A DNA stretch of 64,000 nt, from the NCBI GenBank assembly GCA_963793265.1, contig CAWBZI010000006.1, positions 1,024,001 through 1,088,000 of the forward strand, read 5' to 3'. The DNA is from an uncultured cyanobacterium (GTDB lineage Bacteria > Cyanobacteriota > Cyanobacteriia > Phormidesmidales > Phormidesmidaceae). The notes under the pieces were generated by a model that saw only the letters and a program-made list of their open reading frames with translations, did not search any database and was not told the DNA's origin. Below, in pieces: positions 45,063-55,205 of the stretch. Every line of letters begins with the position of its first letter. The stretch's first letter is position 1. Both the position numbers and the translations under genes were made by a program.

Positions 45063-45104
45063 AGCATAAACTGGATCTACAACGGATCACGGGAGAGAAG
45101 TGCA

Positions 45105-46040
45105 TTGGCTCAGGCTATAGAGGAGACGGTTGGAGGAAGTGAACCGACTCGATTGGATCGCTGGATTGCTAAAGCGGTGGATAGCCTTTCGCGAAACCGG
45201 GTGCAAAAGCTGATTGAGCAGGGCGCGGTGCAGGTAAACGGGACGGTATGCGTGCAGAAAAAGGCGCTGGTGAGTGGAGGCGATCGCATCCATATCCACA
45301 TTCCAGAACTGGCCCCTTACAGCCTCACACCAGAAGACATCCCGCTCGATATCCTCTATGAAGACGATCAGCTCCTGATGATTAATAAATCAGCAGGCAT
45401 GGTTGTTCATCCTGCACCGGGTCATGCAACAGGCACACTTGTTCACGCCCTTTTGTTTCACTGCGGCGACCAGCTCACAGGCGTCGGCGGCGTCCAGCGT
45501 CCTGGAATCGTGCACCGACTCGACAAAAATACGACGGGTGTTATGGTGGCAGCGAAAACGGAGCTAGCACTGCATAGCTTGCAGGGCCAAATTCAGGCCA
45601 AAACCGCGCGGAGAGAATATCTAGGGGTGGTTAACGGCGCGCCTCAAGCAGAGCAGGGAACGGTCGATCAGCCGATAGGTCGCCATCCGAAGAACCGTAA
45701 AAAGATGGCGATTATTCCAGTAGAGGCAGGTGGGCGCGCAGCCGTCACACATTGGAAGAGTATAGAAAGGCTCGGCAACTATACTTTGATTCAATTTCAG
45801 CTAGAAACCGGGCGTACCCATCAAATCAGAGTGCACAGCGCCTATATGAATCACCCCATCGTGGGCGACCCTGAGTATGGCTCAGGTAAATCTTTGGGCG
45901 TAAAGCTACCGGGGCAGGCGCTTCACGCTTTTCGGCTAACGCTGGCACATCCGGTTACCCAAGAGACGATTGTAGGCGAAGCCCCTGTGCCTGAGCGGAT
46001 GGAGAAATTGTTAGGGAAGCTGCGTTCGCTTCAGCGTTGA
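45105..46040 (+). CDS. rluD: RluA-family pseudouridine synthase (RluD-like, S4 domain)
   Basis: RLD S4 start, VVHPAPGH..GTLV, HRLDK.T.G, TGRTHQIRVH. Confidence 0.9.
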   Translation: MAQAIEETVGGSEPTRLDRWIAKAVDSLSRNRVQKLIEQGAVQVNGTVCVQKKALVSGGDRIHIHIPELAPYSLTPEDIPLDILYEDDQLLMINKSAGMVVHPAPGHATGTLVHALLFHCGDQLTGVGGVQRPGIVHRLDKNTTGVMVAAKTELALHSLQGQIQAKTARREYLGVVNGAPQAEQGTVDQPIGRHPKNRKKMAIIPVEAGGRAAVTHWKSIERLGNYTLIQFQLETGRTHQIRVHSAYMNHPIVGDPEYGSGKSLGVKLPGQALHAFRLTLAHPVTQETIVGEAPVPERMEKLLGKLRSLQR

Positions 46041-46070
46041 CAGGCTGGCTAGGCTGGCTTTAAATTGCAT

Positions 46071-46102
46071 AAAAAAAGCCGAGGCGGTAAAACCACCCCG
46101 GC
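46071..46102 (-). terminator. Intrinsic terminator after cpcG
   Basis: Minus strand GCCGGGGUGG-UUUUA-CCGCCUCGGC followed by U7. Confidence 0.8.
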
Positions 46103-46135
46103 AGATAACCTTTTGAGGAAAGAACAAATCAAGCG

Positions 46136-46924
46136 TTAGCTATCCGAACCGTTACCGTTCACAGGTACGTCTAGCTTACGGAAAGGTACAGAGGCACCAA
46201 TATTGATAGTCGCCGTGTTAACGCGAGGCGTAGCGGCCGGACGAGCGTTCACGCTGCGAGCCATGTCGAGATAGAGCGCAGGATTACCAGCCGTTGCCTT
46301 TTTCTCTTGGGGCTTGAAGCCGCGAACTTCGTCTTGCCAGATAATTTGGGGGAAGCCCAAAATGCCACGGTAGTAGTCATCGTAGCGAGGCGACTTGATA
46401 TCGAAAGGACGCTGGCCGATCTCACGACCCGGCAAAATCCGACGACGGTAGTAAGGCACGATGTCGTAGCCAAAGTTTTCCATGTACTCGTCGCTATCTA
46501 GCAACTCGTCAATGAAGCCTTCAACGCCTTTAGTCCCAATTTTGATAGACCAGGCAATTTTCTCGCGCTCGTTGTAGGGATCGCGGCCTAATGCACGCTG
46601 AATGACCTGCTCTACGAAGCGATAGTTGCTGTTCTTGGCGTAGTAGTTTCTGAGGAAAGTATCAGAAAGCAATAGGCCGCGAATGAAGTCGCGTACGGTA
46701 ATTTGGCTATTGCGGAGCTGAGACTCAAGCGGTGCTTCGCGGTCGGCCTTAAAGGCGTAGAAGAAGATCTGACGGTAGGCCGCTTCGATCAGCTCAGTCA
46801 TTTCGCTGTACTCAAGCAGAGCCTCAGCACTGTAAATTCTGGGCTGATCGTCGCCCTGGACTGTATACCCCTCTACCCTTTGGTTCTGGCTTTTGGGGGG
46901 GTAATTCAATAACGGAAGAGCCAC
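46136..46924 (-). CDS. cpcG: Phycobilisome rod-core linker
   Basis: [40 protein letters not shown]; hydrophilic C-terminus, so CpcG rather than CpcL. Confidence 0.95.
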   Translation of the reverse strand: MALPLLNYPPKSQNQRVEGYTVQGDDQPRIYSAEALLEYSEMTELIEAAYRQIFFYAFKADREAPLESQLRNSQITVRDFIRGLLLSDTFLRNYYAKNSNYRFVEQVIQRALGRDPYNEREKIAWSIKIGTKGVEGFIDELLDSDEYMENFGYDIVPYYRRRILPGREIGQRPFDIKSPRYDDYYRGILGFPQIIWQDEVRGFKPQEKKATAGNPALYLDMARSVNARPAATPRVNTATINIGASVPFRKLDVPVNGNGSDS

Positions 46925-47015
46925 GCTTGAATCTCCAACACTTGTATAAACGGCTGCAAATATTTACTAATCATAAAGGCGCTAGGCCCTGCCAAAGGAA
47001 TAGTCTGAGGAAATC

Positions 47016-47033
47016 ATTACACAGCTTAACATT
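47016..47033. promoter_or_regulatory. Possible HLR1 (RpaB) site upstream of cpcG
   Basis: ATTACACA-GC-TTAACATT, a degenerate match to the TTACA direct repeat with 10-bp period. Confidence 0.35.
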
Positions 47034-47161
47034 TACGCAAGAGCCTACTTCCAAGGCTTTAGCTGAAAGTGATGTCAGATCGTCGCTTTGTTTTTGAGAG
47101 GATTCGAGGCAGTTTCGACAAGAAAACTCATATTCCGAAACATTCTTCTCATGAATTGCTT

Positions 47162-47824
47162 TTACGAGATGTTTTGCTGTGCGATCACCCAGTCATCAGG
47201 CGTATTGCAGTTAAATAATCTCGCTGGCGGAAAGTCGGTATAAGCGATAACCGATAGGTCTTTTAGCCAAGCTTGAAAGGATCGCTGGCGTCTAGATGTC
47301 TGTGAGTCCTGAGCCCCCAGGTGACGATGCAAAGCTGGTAAACACTGGCGATGGTAGAAGCCACAAAGCGGTTCCCAATGCTTCTGATCTGATGTTTGAG
47401 GGTGTGGAATTAAGGAGGCGGCTGTGGTGCTAGAGATCTGCTGACGACACAGCCAAGCCCACCATTGACTTAAGGGTTCGGGCTGCAAATAAGGCATGTC
47501 GCAGGCGAGGAGAAGACACCAGTCGGCATGAATATGCGCCCAGCCTTGAGCGAATCCGCTTAGAGGGCCAGTAGATGAGCGGTCGGCAGCCGTTTGCTCT
47601 TGAATGAGTGAAACCTCTGGCAGTAGAAGTGATCGGTAGCGATCGGGCCAGGGGGTTACGACTGCGATATCTGAGGTTAGCTGTTGAGCAACTTGAGCCG
47701 TTCGAGTGAGTAATGGCTGACCGTCAGGCGTTTTTAGAAGCGCTTTGTCAGTGCCCATACGCTGAGAGCGACCACCAGCTAGGATGAGTGCTGCGAGCGT
47801 GGGGGGTTGGTTGAGCGATCGCAT
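47162..47824 (-). CDS. mobA: Molybdenum cofactor guanylyltransferase
   Basis: LILAGGRSQRMGTDKA, GPLSG, ACDMP, EPLCG.Y, FNCNTP. Confidence 0.92.
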   Translation of the reverse strand: MRSLNQPPTLAALILAGGRSQRMGTDKALLKTPDGQPLLTRTAQVAQQLTSDIAVVTPWPDRYRSLLLPEVSLIQEQTAADRSSTGPLSGFAQGWAHIHADWCLLLACDMPYLQPEPLSQWWAWLCRQQISSTTAASLIPHPQTSDQKHWEPLCGFYHRQCLPALHRHLGAQDSQTSRRQRSFQAWLKDLSVIAYTDFPPARLFNCNTPDDWVIAQQNIS

Positions 47825-47845
47825 CAAAATCCTAAAAACAGCGAT

Positions 47846-48616
47846 TCAATAAGGCTTACGATTAGGCGGAGTCGGATTTGTCAGGCTTACAGGCTGAGTG
47901 GCTTCATTCTGACGCTTATTCTCAGCCCAATCGCGACCCTTAAAGTAATAAATCAGAGCCGTTAGCGCTGCGATTGTCATGTACATAAACCGAACGAGCC
48001 AGCCGACCTTCTCAAAGACATACGCCACCGCATCGGCTCTAGGATCTTCGTAGCTAGCTAGCTCCCTGGTCAAGAGCTGACTGGGATTGCCCGTCCCAGC
48101 CTCTAAGCTTTTGCGCAGCGTTGGCAGCTCGGCGACTTCAGTACTGTAAGGATAAAAGCCAAAAAAGCCGCCCCGGCCCGTTTCGCGCGTTAAGAAAGCG
48201 TTCGTTACAGTCTTGGCTTCTGCATAGGGAATGTTGGCACGAGTCGCCACTCGCTGTATCCAAAGATGTTGCAGCATCAAGTAGCTAGCGCTAAATACAA
48301 AAGGGCTCACAACGACGAGCAAGGCTACTTTTGCAGCCTGATGCCAGCGAGCAGGAAGGAGGTACGTCGCTGCGCCGATACCGCTTGCCAAAAGCGCAAA
48401 CACAATTAAATTCGAGATTTCAGCAATTTCGATGCTCCGCAAAAATCCGCCGACCCAGGGCAGCGAGTACAGGTAAGCTTCGGCCAAACCAGCGGCCAGT
48501 GCCTTAAGCGCAGCCATCAACAAGCTCAGCCCAACGCCAATGGCAAAAAAGAGAGGAATGCGGGTGCGATTGGCAGCGGGCTGCTTGTTAAGAGGTCGCT
48601 TAAGGTTGGGGGCCAT
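47846..48616 (-). CDS. Hypothetical membrane protein
   Basis: 256 aa with about 4 hydrophobic segments. Confidence 0.7.
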   Translation of the reverse strand: MAPNLKRPLNKQPAANRTRIPLFFAIGVGLSLLMAALKALAAGLAEAYLYSLPWVGGFLRSIEIAEISNLIVFALLASGIGAATYLLPARWHQAAKVALLVVVSPFVFSASYLMLQHLWIQRVATRANIPYAEAKTVTNAFLTRETGRGGFFGFYPYSTEVAELPTLRKSLEAGTGNPSQLLTRELASYEDPRADAVAYVFEKVGWLVRFMYMTIAALTALIYYFKGRDWAENKRQNEATQPVSLTNPTPPNRKPY

Positions 48617-48752
48617 GCGCGTAACAAAAGGGGATAGGCACTAGCCAAGCGGCCAGCAGAATCGAAATCTTCGTACAAATACTATCTTTATCAAAACACT
48701 GTGCTTGCGAAATTCAAAGCAATATAGAAAGCGCTAAGCGAGATTTGAAGTT

Positions 48753-48780
48753 AAAAAGGTCGGCGTGCGATCGCCGACCT
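48753..48780 (-). terminator. Intrinsic terminator after dxs, HIP1 overlapping the loop
   Basis: Minus strand AGGUCGGCG-AUCGCA-CGCCGACCU followed by UUUU. Confidence 0.75.
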
Positions 48781-48838
48781 CCAGAATCACTCAGCCAAAA
48801 TCACTCAGCCGCAAAAGCAGCCGAGAAGATAGAGCAAA

Positions 48839-50752
48839 CTACACCTTCTCAGCTAGCTCAAGTGGAGACTCGCCTAGCTTGAACTGCTGCAAAATTCGCT
48901 CAGCCATTTGCGCAGGCATTAGCCCCAGAGTCGCTCTTGATTGATCGGGCGAGGCGTGATCTACTAGCTCGTCAGGAACGCCCAGGCGCAGCAGATCAGG
49001 GGTCATTTTGCGGTCGAAGAGTTCTTCAGCGATCGCTGAACCAAAGCCACCCATCAAGCAGCCATCTTCTAAGGTCACCACGCGGCCAATCTTTTCAATA
49101 ATCGGCAGCATCAGCTCCGTATCTAATGGCTTAGCAAAGCGCGCATTAATCACCGTCGCTTCTACGCCGTGCTCACTCAAAATCTCAGCCGTCTGCATCG
49201 CCGGATACACCATAGCCCCGTAGCCAATCAGCATCACATCGTCACCCTGACGCAAAAGCTCAGCCTTCCCAATCGGTAGCGGCTGCCAGCCCGATTCCAT
49301 CAGCGGCACACCATAGCCGCTGCCACGCGGAAAACGTACGGCAATCGGCCCATCGTAGTCCACGCCCGTCACCACCATGCGCTGAAGCTCGGCCTCATCT
49401 TTAGGAGCCATCAGCACCATGTTAGGAATGCAGCGCAGGTAGGCAATGTCATACATACCCTGGTGGGTAGGGCCATCGACGCCGACGATGCCAGCGCGGT
49501 CTAGGGCCAAGAACACTGGCAGCTTTTGGATGCAGATGTCGTGAACAATCTGGTCGAAGGCACGCTGTAAGAAGGTGGAATAAATGACAGGGACAGGCTT
49601 CATGCCCTCGCACGCAAGACCGGCTGCAAGCGTGACGGCGTGTTGCTCTGCGATGCCAACGTCAATGTACTGCTTAGGCAGCTTGGCCTGAAGCAAATCG
49701 AGCCTTGTGCCTGTAGCCATCGCAGCAGTAATGCCTACAATAGTGGGATCTTTCTCAGCCAAAGTAATGAGCGTTTCTGCAAATACTTTGGAGTAGCCAG
49801 GCGGCTTAGGCTTATTCGCTGGAATCTTTTGCCCAGTTTCTAAGTCAAACGGGGACTGCGCGTGATAGCCGACCTGATCTTTCTCGGCAATTTCGTACCC
49901 TTTGCCTTTCACAGTGACGACGTGAACCAGCACAGGGCCGCCGTGCTTATGCGCTTCTTTAAAGGCGGTGATCAGTTCAGGCAAGTTGTGACCGTCTACC
50001 GGGCCCATGTAGGTAAAGCCAAGCTCTTCAAAAACTGCGCCGACTTTAGAAACGGCCAGGCGCTTCACGCCTTCTTTAATCCGGCCTAGCTCAGGGGTCA
50101 GCGACTCGCTAAAGGGAAGCTGCTTGATTTGCTCCTCAAGATTGTCAGTGAGAAACTGCATGGGCGGGCTCAGGCGCATTTTGTTGAGATAGCGCGGGAT
50201 CGCTCCGACATTGGGCGAAATCGACATTTCGTTGTCGTTGAGCACGACCACCAAGTTAGTGTCTGGCATGTGCCCGGCGTGGTTAATGGCTTCTAAGGCC
50301 ATGCCACCTGTGAGTGCACCGTCGCCAATGATGGCGGCTACTTTGAAGTCTTCGCCTTTGAGATCGCGCGCGATCGCCATTCCCAAGGCCGCTGAAATAC
50401 TGGTCGAGGCATGACCTGCACCAAAGTGATCAAAGCGGCTTTCTGAGCGCTTCAGGTATCCAGCGACGCCATCTTTTTGCCGGAGCGTATGAAAATCTTT
50501 GTAGCGGCCCGTAAGCAATTTGTGCGGATAAGCCTGGTGGCCCACATCCCAAACCACCTTATCGCGATCAAGATCAAGGGTTTGGTAGAGCCCCAGGGTG
50601 AGTTCGACCACGCCAAGGCCAGGGCCTAAGTGGCCGCCGCTGGCGGCAATCGTTTGCAGGTGCTTGTCTCTAATCTGTTGAGCAATTTTTTCTAGCTGGG
50701 TGACCGACAGGCCATGCAACTGGTTGGGGTGGGTGATGTCACTCAGATGCAT
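48839..50752 (-). CDS. dxs: 1-deoxy-D-xylulose-5-phosphate synthase
   Basis: [28 protein letters not shown]...N, GIAEQHA, DGPTHQG. Confidence 0.99.
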   Translation of the reverse strand: MHLSDITHPNQLHGLSVTQLEKIAQQIRDKHLQTIAASGGHLGPGLGVVELTLGLYQTLDLDRDKVVWDVGHQAYPHKLLTGRYKDFHTLRQKDGVAGYLKRSESRFDHFGAGHASTSISAALGMAIARDLKGEDFKVAAIIGDGALTGGMALEAINHAGHMPDTNLVVVLNDNEMSISPNVGAIPRYLNKMRLSPPMQFLTDNLEEQIKQLPFSESLTPELGRIKEGVKRLAVSKVGAVFEELGFTYMGPVDGHNLPELITAFKEAHKHGGPVLVHVVTVKGKGYEIAEKDQVGYHAQSPFDLETGQKIPANKPKPPGYSKVFAETLITLAEKDPTIVGITAAMATGTRLDLLQAKLPKQYIDVGIAEQHAVTLAAGLACEGMKPVPVIYSTFLQRAFDQIVHDICIQKLPVFLALDRAGIVGVDGPTHQGMYDIAYLRCIPNMVLMAPKDEAELQRMVVTGVDYDGPIAVRFPRGSGYGVPLMESGWQPLPIGKAELLRQGDDVMLIGYGAMVYPAMQTAEILSEHGVEATVINARFAKPLDTELMLPIIEKIGRVVTLEDGCLMGGFGSAIAEELFDRKMTPDLLRLGVPDELVDHASPDQSRATLGLMPAQMAERILQQFKLGESPLELAEKV

Positions 50753-50802
50753 ATCGAATCCTCTCTTAATCGGCTGTTGTATCGGTGGTTGTGGCGCACA
50801 CT

Positions 50803-50926
50803 GTCATTCGGGCGATGGGCGTCATTCGGGCGATGGGCGTCGTTCAAGCGACGGTCTGCTGGGCAGTGGACTGGGCGCTTGCTCTGGTCTTTGCTCTGGT
50901 CTTTTCTCTGGCGCTTGCTTTGGCCA
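50803..50926. repeat. Two tandem arrays upstream of dxs (18 bp x3, 12 bp x4, last copies degenerate)
   Basis: GTCATTCGGGCGATGGGC at 50803, 50821, (50839); TTGCTCTGGTCT at 50879, 50891, (50903, 50915). Confidence 0.9.
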
Positions 50927-51083
50927 CATCCTTGAAAATCTTCGCGATTCCCGATAGAACCGTCATGATTTCTTGGTACCTTCACAGTACAAAGATTAGG
51001 TGGCGTACTACGTATCGTTATCTTTACTCCATTCACTGTAGATTAGATCAGAGCACAAACAAGCAATGAGGCTCCTTTAGAAC

Positions 51084-51590
51084 ATGGCTATGACTCCCGA
51101 TTTACCACTTTTAGGAAAAGCTTTAGCTTTGAGCGCTCTGTTGAGCACGGCTGGCTTAGGCACAGTGGCAGTAGCGCCCGCAGCGGCGAGTCCTGATTAT
51201 TTTGACTGCGCCGTTGGCATGATCAATTCGGGCGTGTCAGAAAGCGATGCGATCGCCGCTTGTTCTGCTGCTCGATATCCCGAAGACTTAGGAGCCTGCG
51301 TAGTAGATGTTAACGAATTTACAGGGCTGACGGCCAACACTGCTTTAGTGGTGTGCAGCAGAACGCGCCGCCCGATAGAAGTCGCCAACTGCACCATTGA
51401 CATTCACGACGCCTTTTTAGAGAGCCCCTCGACCAAAGTGCTCGAAGGCTGTGGCCGCAGCATCTTGCCCGACCGCTACGGCACCTGTGTGGTTGACATC
51501 GTAGATGCCGCCGAGATTACTGTAGACGACGCGCTCACGCAATGCCTCCGCGCTGGATTTCGCCCCTGGCAGCTAACACCCCGCAGCTAA
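51084..51590 (+). CDS. Exported Cys-rich repeat protein
   Basis: Signal peptide ..PAAA|S; 8 Cys in a repeating ~31-aa pattern. Confidence 0.75.
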   Translation: MAMTPDLPLLGKALALSALLSTAGLGTVAVAPAAASPDYFDCAVGMINSGVSESDAIAACSAARYPEDLGACVVDVNEFTGLTANTALVVCSRTRRPIEVANCTIDIHDAFLESPSTKVLEGCGRSILPDRYGTCVVDIVDAAEITVDDALTQCLRAGFRPWQLTPRS

Positions 51591-51635
51591 CCGTCAGCGA
51601 CTAAGCATCAGCAATACCGCCAGCAACTAAGGGCA

Positions 51636-52817
51636 TTAGCGAGAAGTATTGGCTAGCAGCACCAGTCCAGCAGCTAGCCCTAAGCTCAGCGGTAACCAGC
51701 CTGCAATAAAGGGGCTGATTACCCCAGCCTCACCCATGGCAGCAGCAATAAAGCTGAGCAAATAGTAGCCAAAAATAATTACGATACTGATGCCAAAGCT
51801 CGTGGCCTTACCCGTGCGCTGAGGCCGGACGCCAACGGCTGAGCCGACTAGACCAAACACCACGCAGGCAAAGGGTACCGAATACTTGTTTTGAATGGCT
51901 ACTTTCAGCTTACGCACCGCTTTTTCGTCGCCCGTCTGACGCAAAATCGTTAGATAGTCTTTCGCCTCAGCAATATTCATTTCCTCTTGCTTTTTAGGGC
52001 GACTCGCCAAATCTAGCGGTGCGCGGGGCAGTTGCAAGTCTTGCTTATCAAAGCGAATAATTTGACTGAAAGAGCCTGTAGGCGACACCGCGTAGATTGT
52101 CCCGTTTGTGAACTCCCACAGATTTCGATTGAAGTTCCAAGTAGCAGTATCAGCACTTACAATTTGCTGCAAACCGTCTTCATTTTCTTCTTGCGAAAAA
52201 TCAACAACCGTAATGCCATACATGGTCGTGCCATCAAACTTACGCGCGTGAAAGAACCGCACAAGCTCATCGCCAGAGCCATCTTCGGCGCGTTGCTGCT
52301 GCTGAAAGGTGATATTCCCTTCTTTAAAGGGCGGCTTCTCTTCGTCTAACGCCCGAGCCAGCAGCATTTTGGCTCGCTGCGTACTAGCGGGCGCAACGAC
52401 TTCATTCACGCCAAAGCTCAGCCCTGTCACCAGCAGGCTCAAAACAACGGCTGGCACTACAATGCGCTTCACACTCACCCCACAGCCACGGAGCGCAATC
52501 ATTTCGCTATCGCTCGAAAATCGGCTGTAGGTCATCATGGTGGCCAGCAGCGTAGACATCGGGAATGCCAGCACGACAAACTCAGGCATACTCAGCAAAA
52601 AAACCTCGAAGGCTAAAGAGCCCGCTAGTCCGTAGTCAGTGACCTTACGGATGAGTTCAAACAGCGCACCAACAGAGACGCCGATTGAGGAAAAAGCGCC
52701 CACGCCAAATAGAAATGGAAACGTCAGCTCCCGAGCGATATATCGATCCATAATCGACAATCGCGGGAGCCACCTGACAATTCTTTGGCCGAAATTAGGA
52801 GCCGTGCTGGTTGTCAT
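51636..52817 (-). CDS. LptF/LptG family LPS export permease
   Basis: MDRYI.REL..PF, SDSE.IALR.CGVS, 3+3 TM with a periplasmic domain; downstream of lptB. Confidence 0.93.
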   Translation of the reverse strand: MTTSTAPNFGQRIVRWLPRLSIMDRYIARELTFPFLFGVGAFSSIGVSVGALFELIRKVTDYGLAGSLAFEVFLLSMPEFVVLAFPMSTLLATMMTYSRFSSDSEMIALRGCGVSVKRIVVPAVVLSLLVTGLSFGVNEVVAPASTQRAKMLLARALDEEKPPFKEGNITFQQQQRAEDGSGDELVRFFHARKFDGTTMYGITVVDFSQEENEDGLQQIVSADTATWNFNRNLWEFTNGTIYAVSPTGSFSQIIRFDKQDLQLPRAPLDLASRPKKQEEMNIAEAKDYLTILRQTGDEKAVRKLKVAIQNKYSVPFACVVFGLVGSAVGVRPQRTGKATSFGISIVIIFGYYLLSFIAAAMGEAGVISPFIAGWLPLSLGLAAGLVLLANTSR

Positions 52818-53596
52818 AGCTTGAAGCTCTCGCCAAGGTAGTATTCACGGACTAGCGGATTGTCAGAGAGGTCGCTGGCGCTGCCTGAGGCTAATATTTG
52901 GCCCTCGCTCATGATATAGGCGCGGTCAATAATTTGGAGGGTTTCGCGGACGTTGTGATCGGTGATGAGTACGCCCATGTTGCGATCGCGCAATTCCGCC
53001 ACAATCGACTGAATCTCCGACACCGCAATTGGATCAACCCCAGCAAACGGCTCGTCTAAAAACAAAAAATCTGGCCCCTGTACGCCCGAGGCCAGCGCTC
53101 TTGCCAGCTCAGTTCGCCGACGCTCTCCGCCTGACACCTGTATGCCCAGCGAGTTCTGAACCTTCTCCAATCGAAATTCTTTAAGTAGCCGGTGCAATCG
53201 ATCCTCTCGTTCATGGTACGGAACGCCCGTTTGCTCCATCACCAGCTTTAGGTTATCGCGCACGCTCAGATTGCGAAAAACGCTAGCCTCCTGAGCCAGA
53301 TAGCCAATTCCTAACCTAGCCCGCTTGTACATCGGCAAGTCGGTAATGTCTCTATCGGCCAGCGACACCCTGCCGACATCAGGCTTTACAAGCCCTGTCG
53401 CCATATAAAAAGTCGTAGTTTTACCGGCCCCGTTTGGCCCTAGCAGCCCAACAATTTCGCCCTGAGAAACGGATAGATTAACCCCTTTGACCACCGTGCG
53501 CTTGCCATATGTTTTCTGAACATTTTCGAGCACAAGCTTCAAAGGAAACGCCTCTTGATCAGGTCGGGCTAGCTCAGATTTTACCAAAGAAGTCAC
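52814..53596 (-). CDS. lptB: LPS export ABC ATPase
   Basis: GPNGAGKTT, YLAQE.SVF, SGGERRR.E, LDEPFAGVDP, TDHNVRETL. Confidence 0.96.
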   Translation of the reverse strand: MTSLVKSELARPDQEAFPLKLVLENVQKTYGKRTVVKGVNLSVSQGEIVGLLGPNGAGKTTTFYMATGLVKPDVGRVSLADRDITDLPMYKRARLGIGYLAQEASVFRNLSVRDNLKLVMEQTGVPYHEREDRLHRLLKEFRLEKVQNSLGIQVSGGERRRTELARALASGVQGPDFLFLDEPFAGVDPIAVSEIQSIVAELRDRNMGVLITDHNVRETLQIIDRAYIMSEGQILASGSASDLSDNPLVREYYLGESFKL

Positions 53597-53633
53597 AGCG
53601 TACTGAGCGCTCTAAGTAGCGCGGTTAGAAGGA

Positions 53634-54209
53634 TTAATCAATCGGGCCTAGCTCGGCAGGCAGCTCATCGGGCACAGCAGGAATAGAAAGCGGTTGGGGC
53701 GCAGCAGGATTTGTCGAAGGCTGTACGGCGGGCGATTCGGGCAAAATGTAGACGGCTTCAACCTGACTGTTGGCCCCAGGCGTCGCAACAAATCGCCCTT
53801 CTTGAATTAAATACGTCACCGTTTCGGCCTGAAGCGAGTTGCCCTCTTGTAGAACGTCTACGTTACCGCTTAAGACAATCCGCTGCTCCTGGCTGTAATA
53901 CTCGGCTTGAGCAGACGTCGCAAATATCTGGCGGCTAGGATAATCAATTCGCACGTTGCCAATCGCAGTGACTACGCCCGTATTAGAGTTTGCCTCTACT
54001 CGACTGGCCTTCATCTGAATTGCCCCGCCTGACTGCTGGGCCTGGGCCTGTACCCAAGCAGCGGGCACGAGTCCATGGGCAAATTGCAGTAAGAAAGGTG
54101 CTGATAGGGCACTTAGAAAGTACCAGAGAAAATACCAGGCCGCTTTTTTGCGACGGGTGTTTGTGGGCGGGCGATTCTCAGGCGGACGATTGAATTGCGA
54201 GTGCAGCAT
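53634..54209 (-). CDS. lptA: LptA/OstA family protein
   Basis: A.GNV.I.YP..Q, L.GNV.VLQEGN jellyroll; operon with lptB. Confidence 0.88.
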   Translation of the reverse strand: MLHSQFNRPPENRPPTNTRRKKAAWYFLWYFLSALSAPFLLQFAHGLVPAAWVQAQAQQSGGAIQMKASRVEANSNTGVVTAIGNVRIDYPSRQIFATSAQAEYYSQEQRIVLSGNVDVLQEGNSLQAETVTYLIQEGRFVATPGANSQVEAVYILPESPAVQPSTNPAAPQPLSIPAVPDELPAELGPID

Positions 54210-54487
54210 TCTTAAAAACAGGAAACGAATGGGAAGGGCGATCGCACTGCCGCCATCTGATATAGACGTATCTTATGTAAACCTCAGGCGGGCTAGCTAC
54301 AGCGCTCAGGTCGCTTTCTAAATTGGCAATTGTTTAGCCGTAACACAATCAACGGCATTATCACGTTATCAGCACAGCCCTGCTTCCACATTAGTAGCTG
54401 GTGCCAGAAATTAGCACGAAATACCTATCACTTTCTTTACACAAACCCGATTAAACATCCAACTAAGCCCAATACTTCGCTTGTTCT

Positions 54488-54916
54488 TCATTTAACCCAG
54501 CTAATTTGAGGAAAAGGCTGTGGCAACTTCGCCATGAGTTCATCGAGTCCTTCTGGCCCGGCTGATTGAATTAAGCTCAGCCAATCTACGGACTGATCCA
54601 CCAGCTCATCAACCGCAATCCCTTCATAGCTAGGCTCAAAGCGTCGCAGCCGATTAATCCCTTCTCCCAACAAAATAGCGCCACCTCGCCAGTTGAGATT
54701 GCCGAGGTGGTAGAAAGCTACTGCCACCTGCAGAATACCCTGATAGAAAGGCTTTTCAGCCGTTTCAGCCTCCATCCAAATAGCTTCTAACGTATCGTGG
54801 CAGGCGTAGAACTCTTTTTGGTTGAACTGCTCGATTCCTTGCTGAAAGCGCGAATGGGCCATAGAAGACTCTAGAGACGATGTGGGCTCTGATGGTGGTG
54901 TAGGTAGCGTGGGCAT
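54488..54916 (-). CDS. DUF309 domain protein
   Basis: FN..EFYACHDTLEAIW, FYQGILQ.AV..YH. Confidence 0.9.
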   Translation of the reverse strand: MPTLPTPPSEPTSSLESSMAHSRFQQGIEQFNQKEFYACHDTLEAIWMEAETAEKPFYQGILQVAVAFYHLGNLNWRGGAILLGEGINRLRRFEPSYEGIAVDELVDQSVDWLSLIQSAGPEGLDELMAKLPQPFPQISWVK

Positions 54917-55205
54917 AGTGGGCTATCGTTCGATCAATTTTTGTTGATGGTTTGTAACTGCTCTGTAGCTGCTTTATGGCTGCTAAGTATATTCCGCAAA
55001 AAATCGTGAACTAACGCTTTCAGCCAGTGACTTTAGCAGAATTGGCACATATACCAGATTTAGGGAGTCTAAGGTGATATCCTCCACACTTATATAGGTG
55101 ATGTGAGCAGCCGCTCACCTTAGACAGATAGAAGGCAGATAAAAAGGCAGCCAAAAGCTAAATAACTAAACACAAATAATCTAATTCGTCGTGTAGGGAG
55201 TGAAA

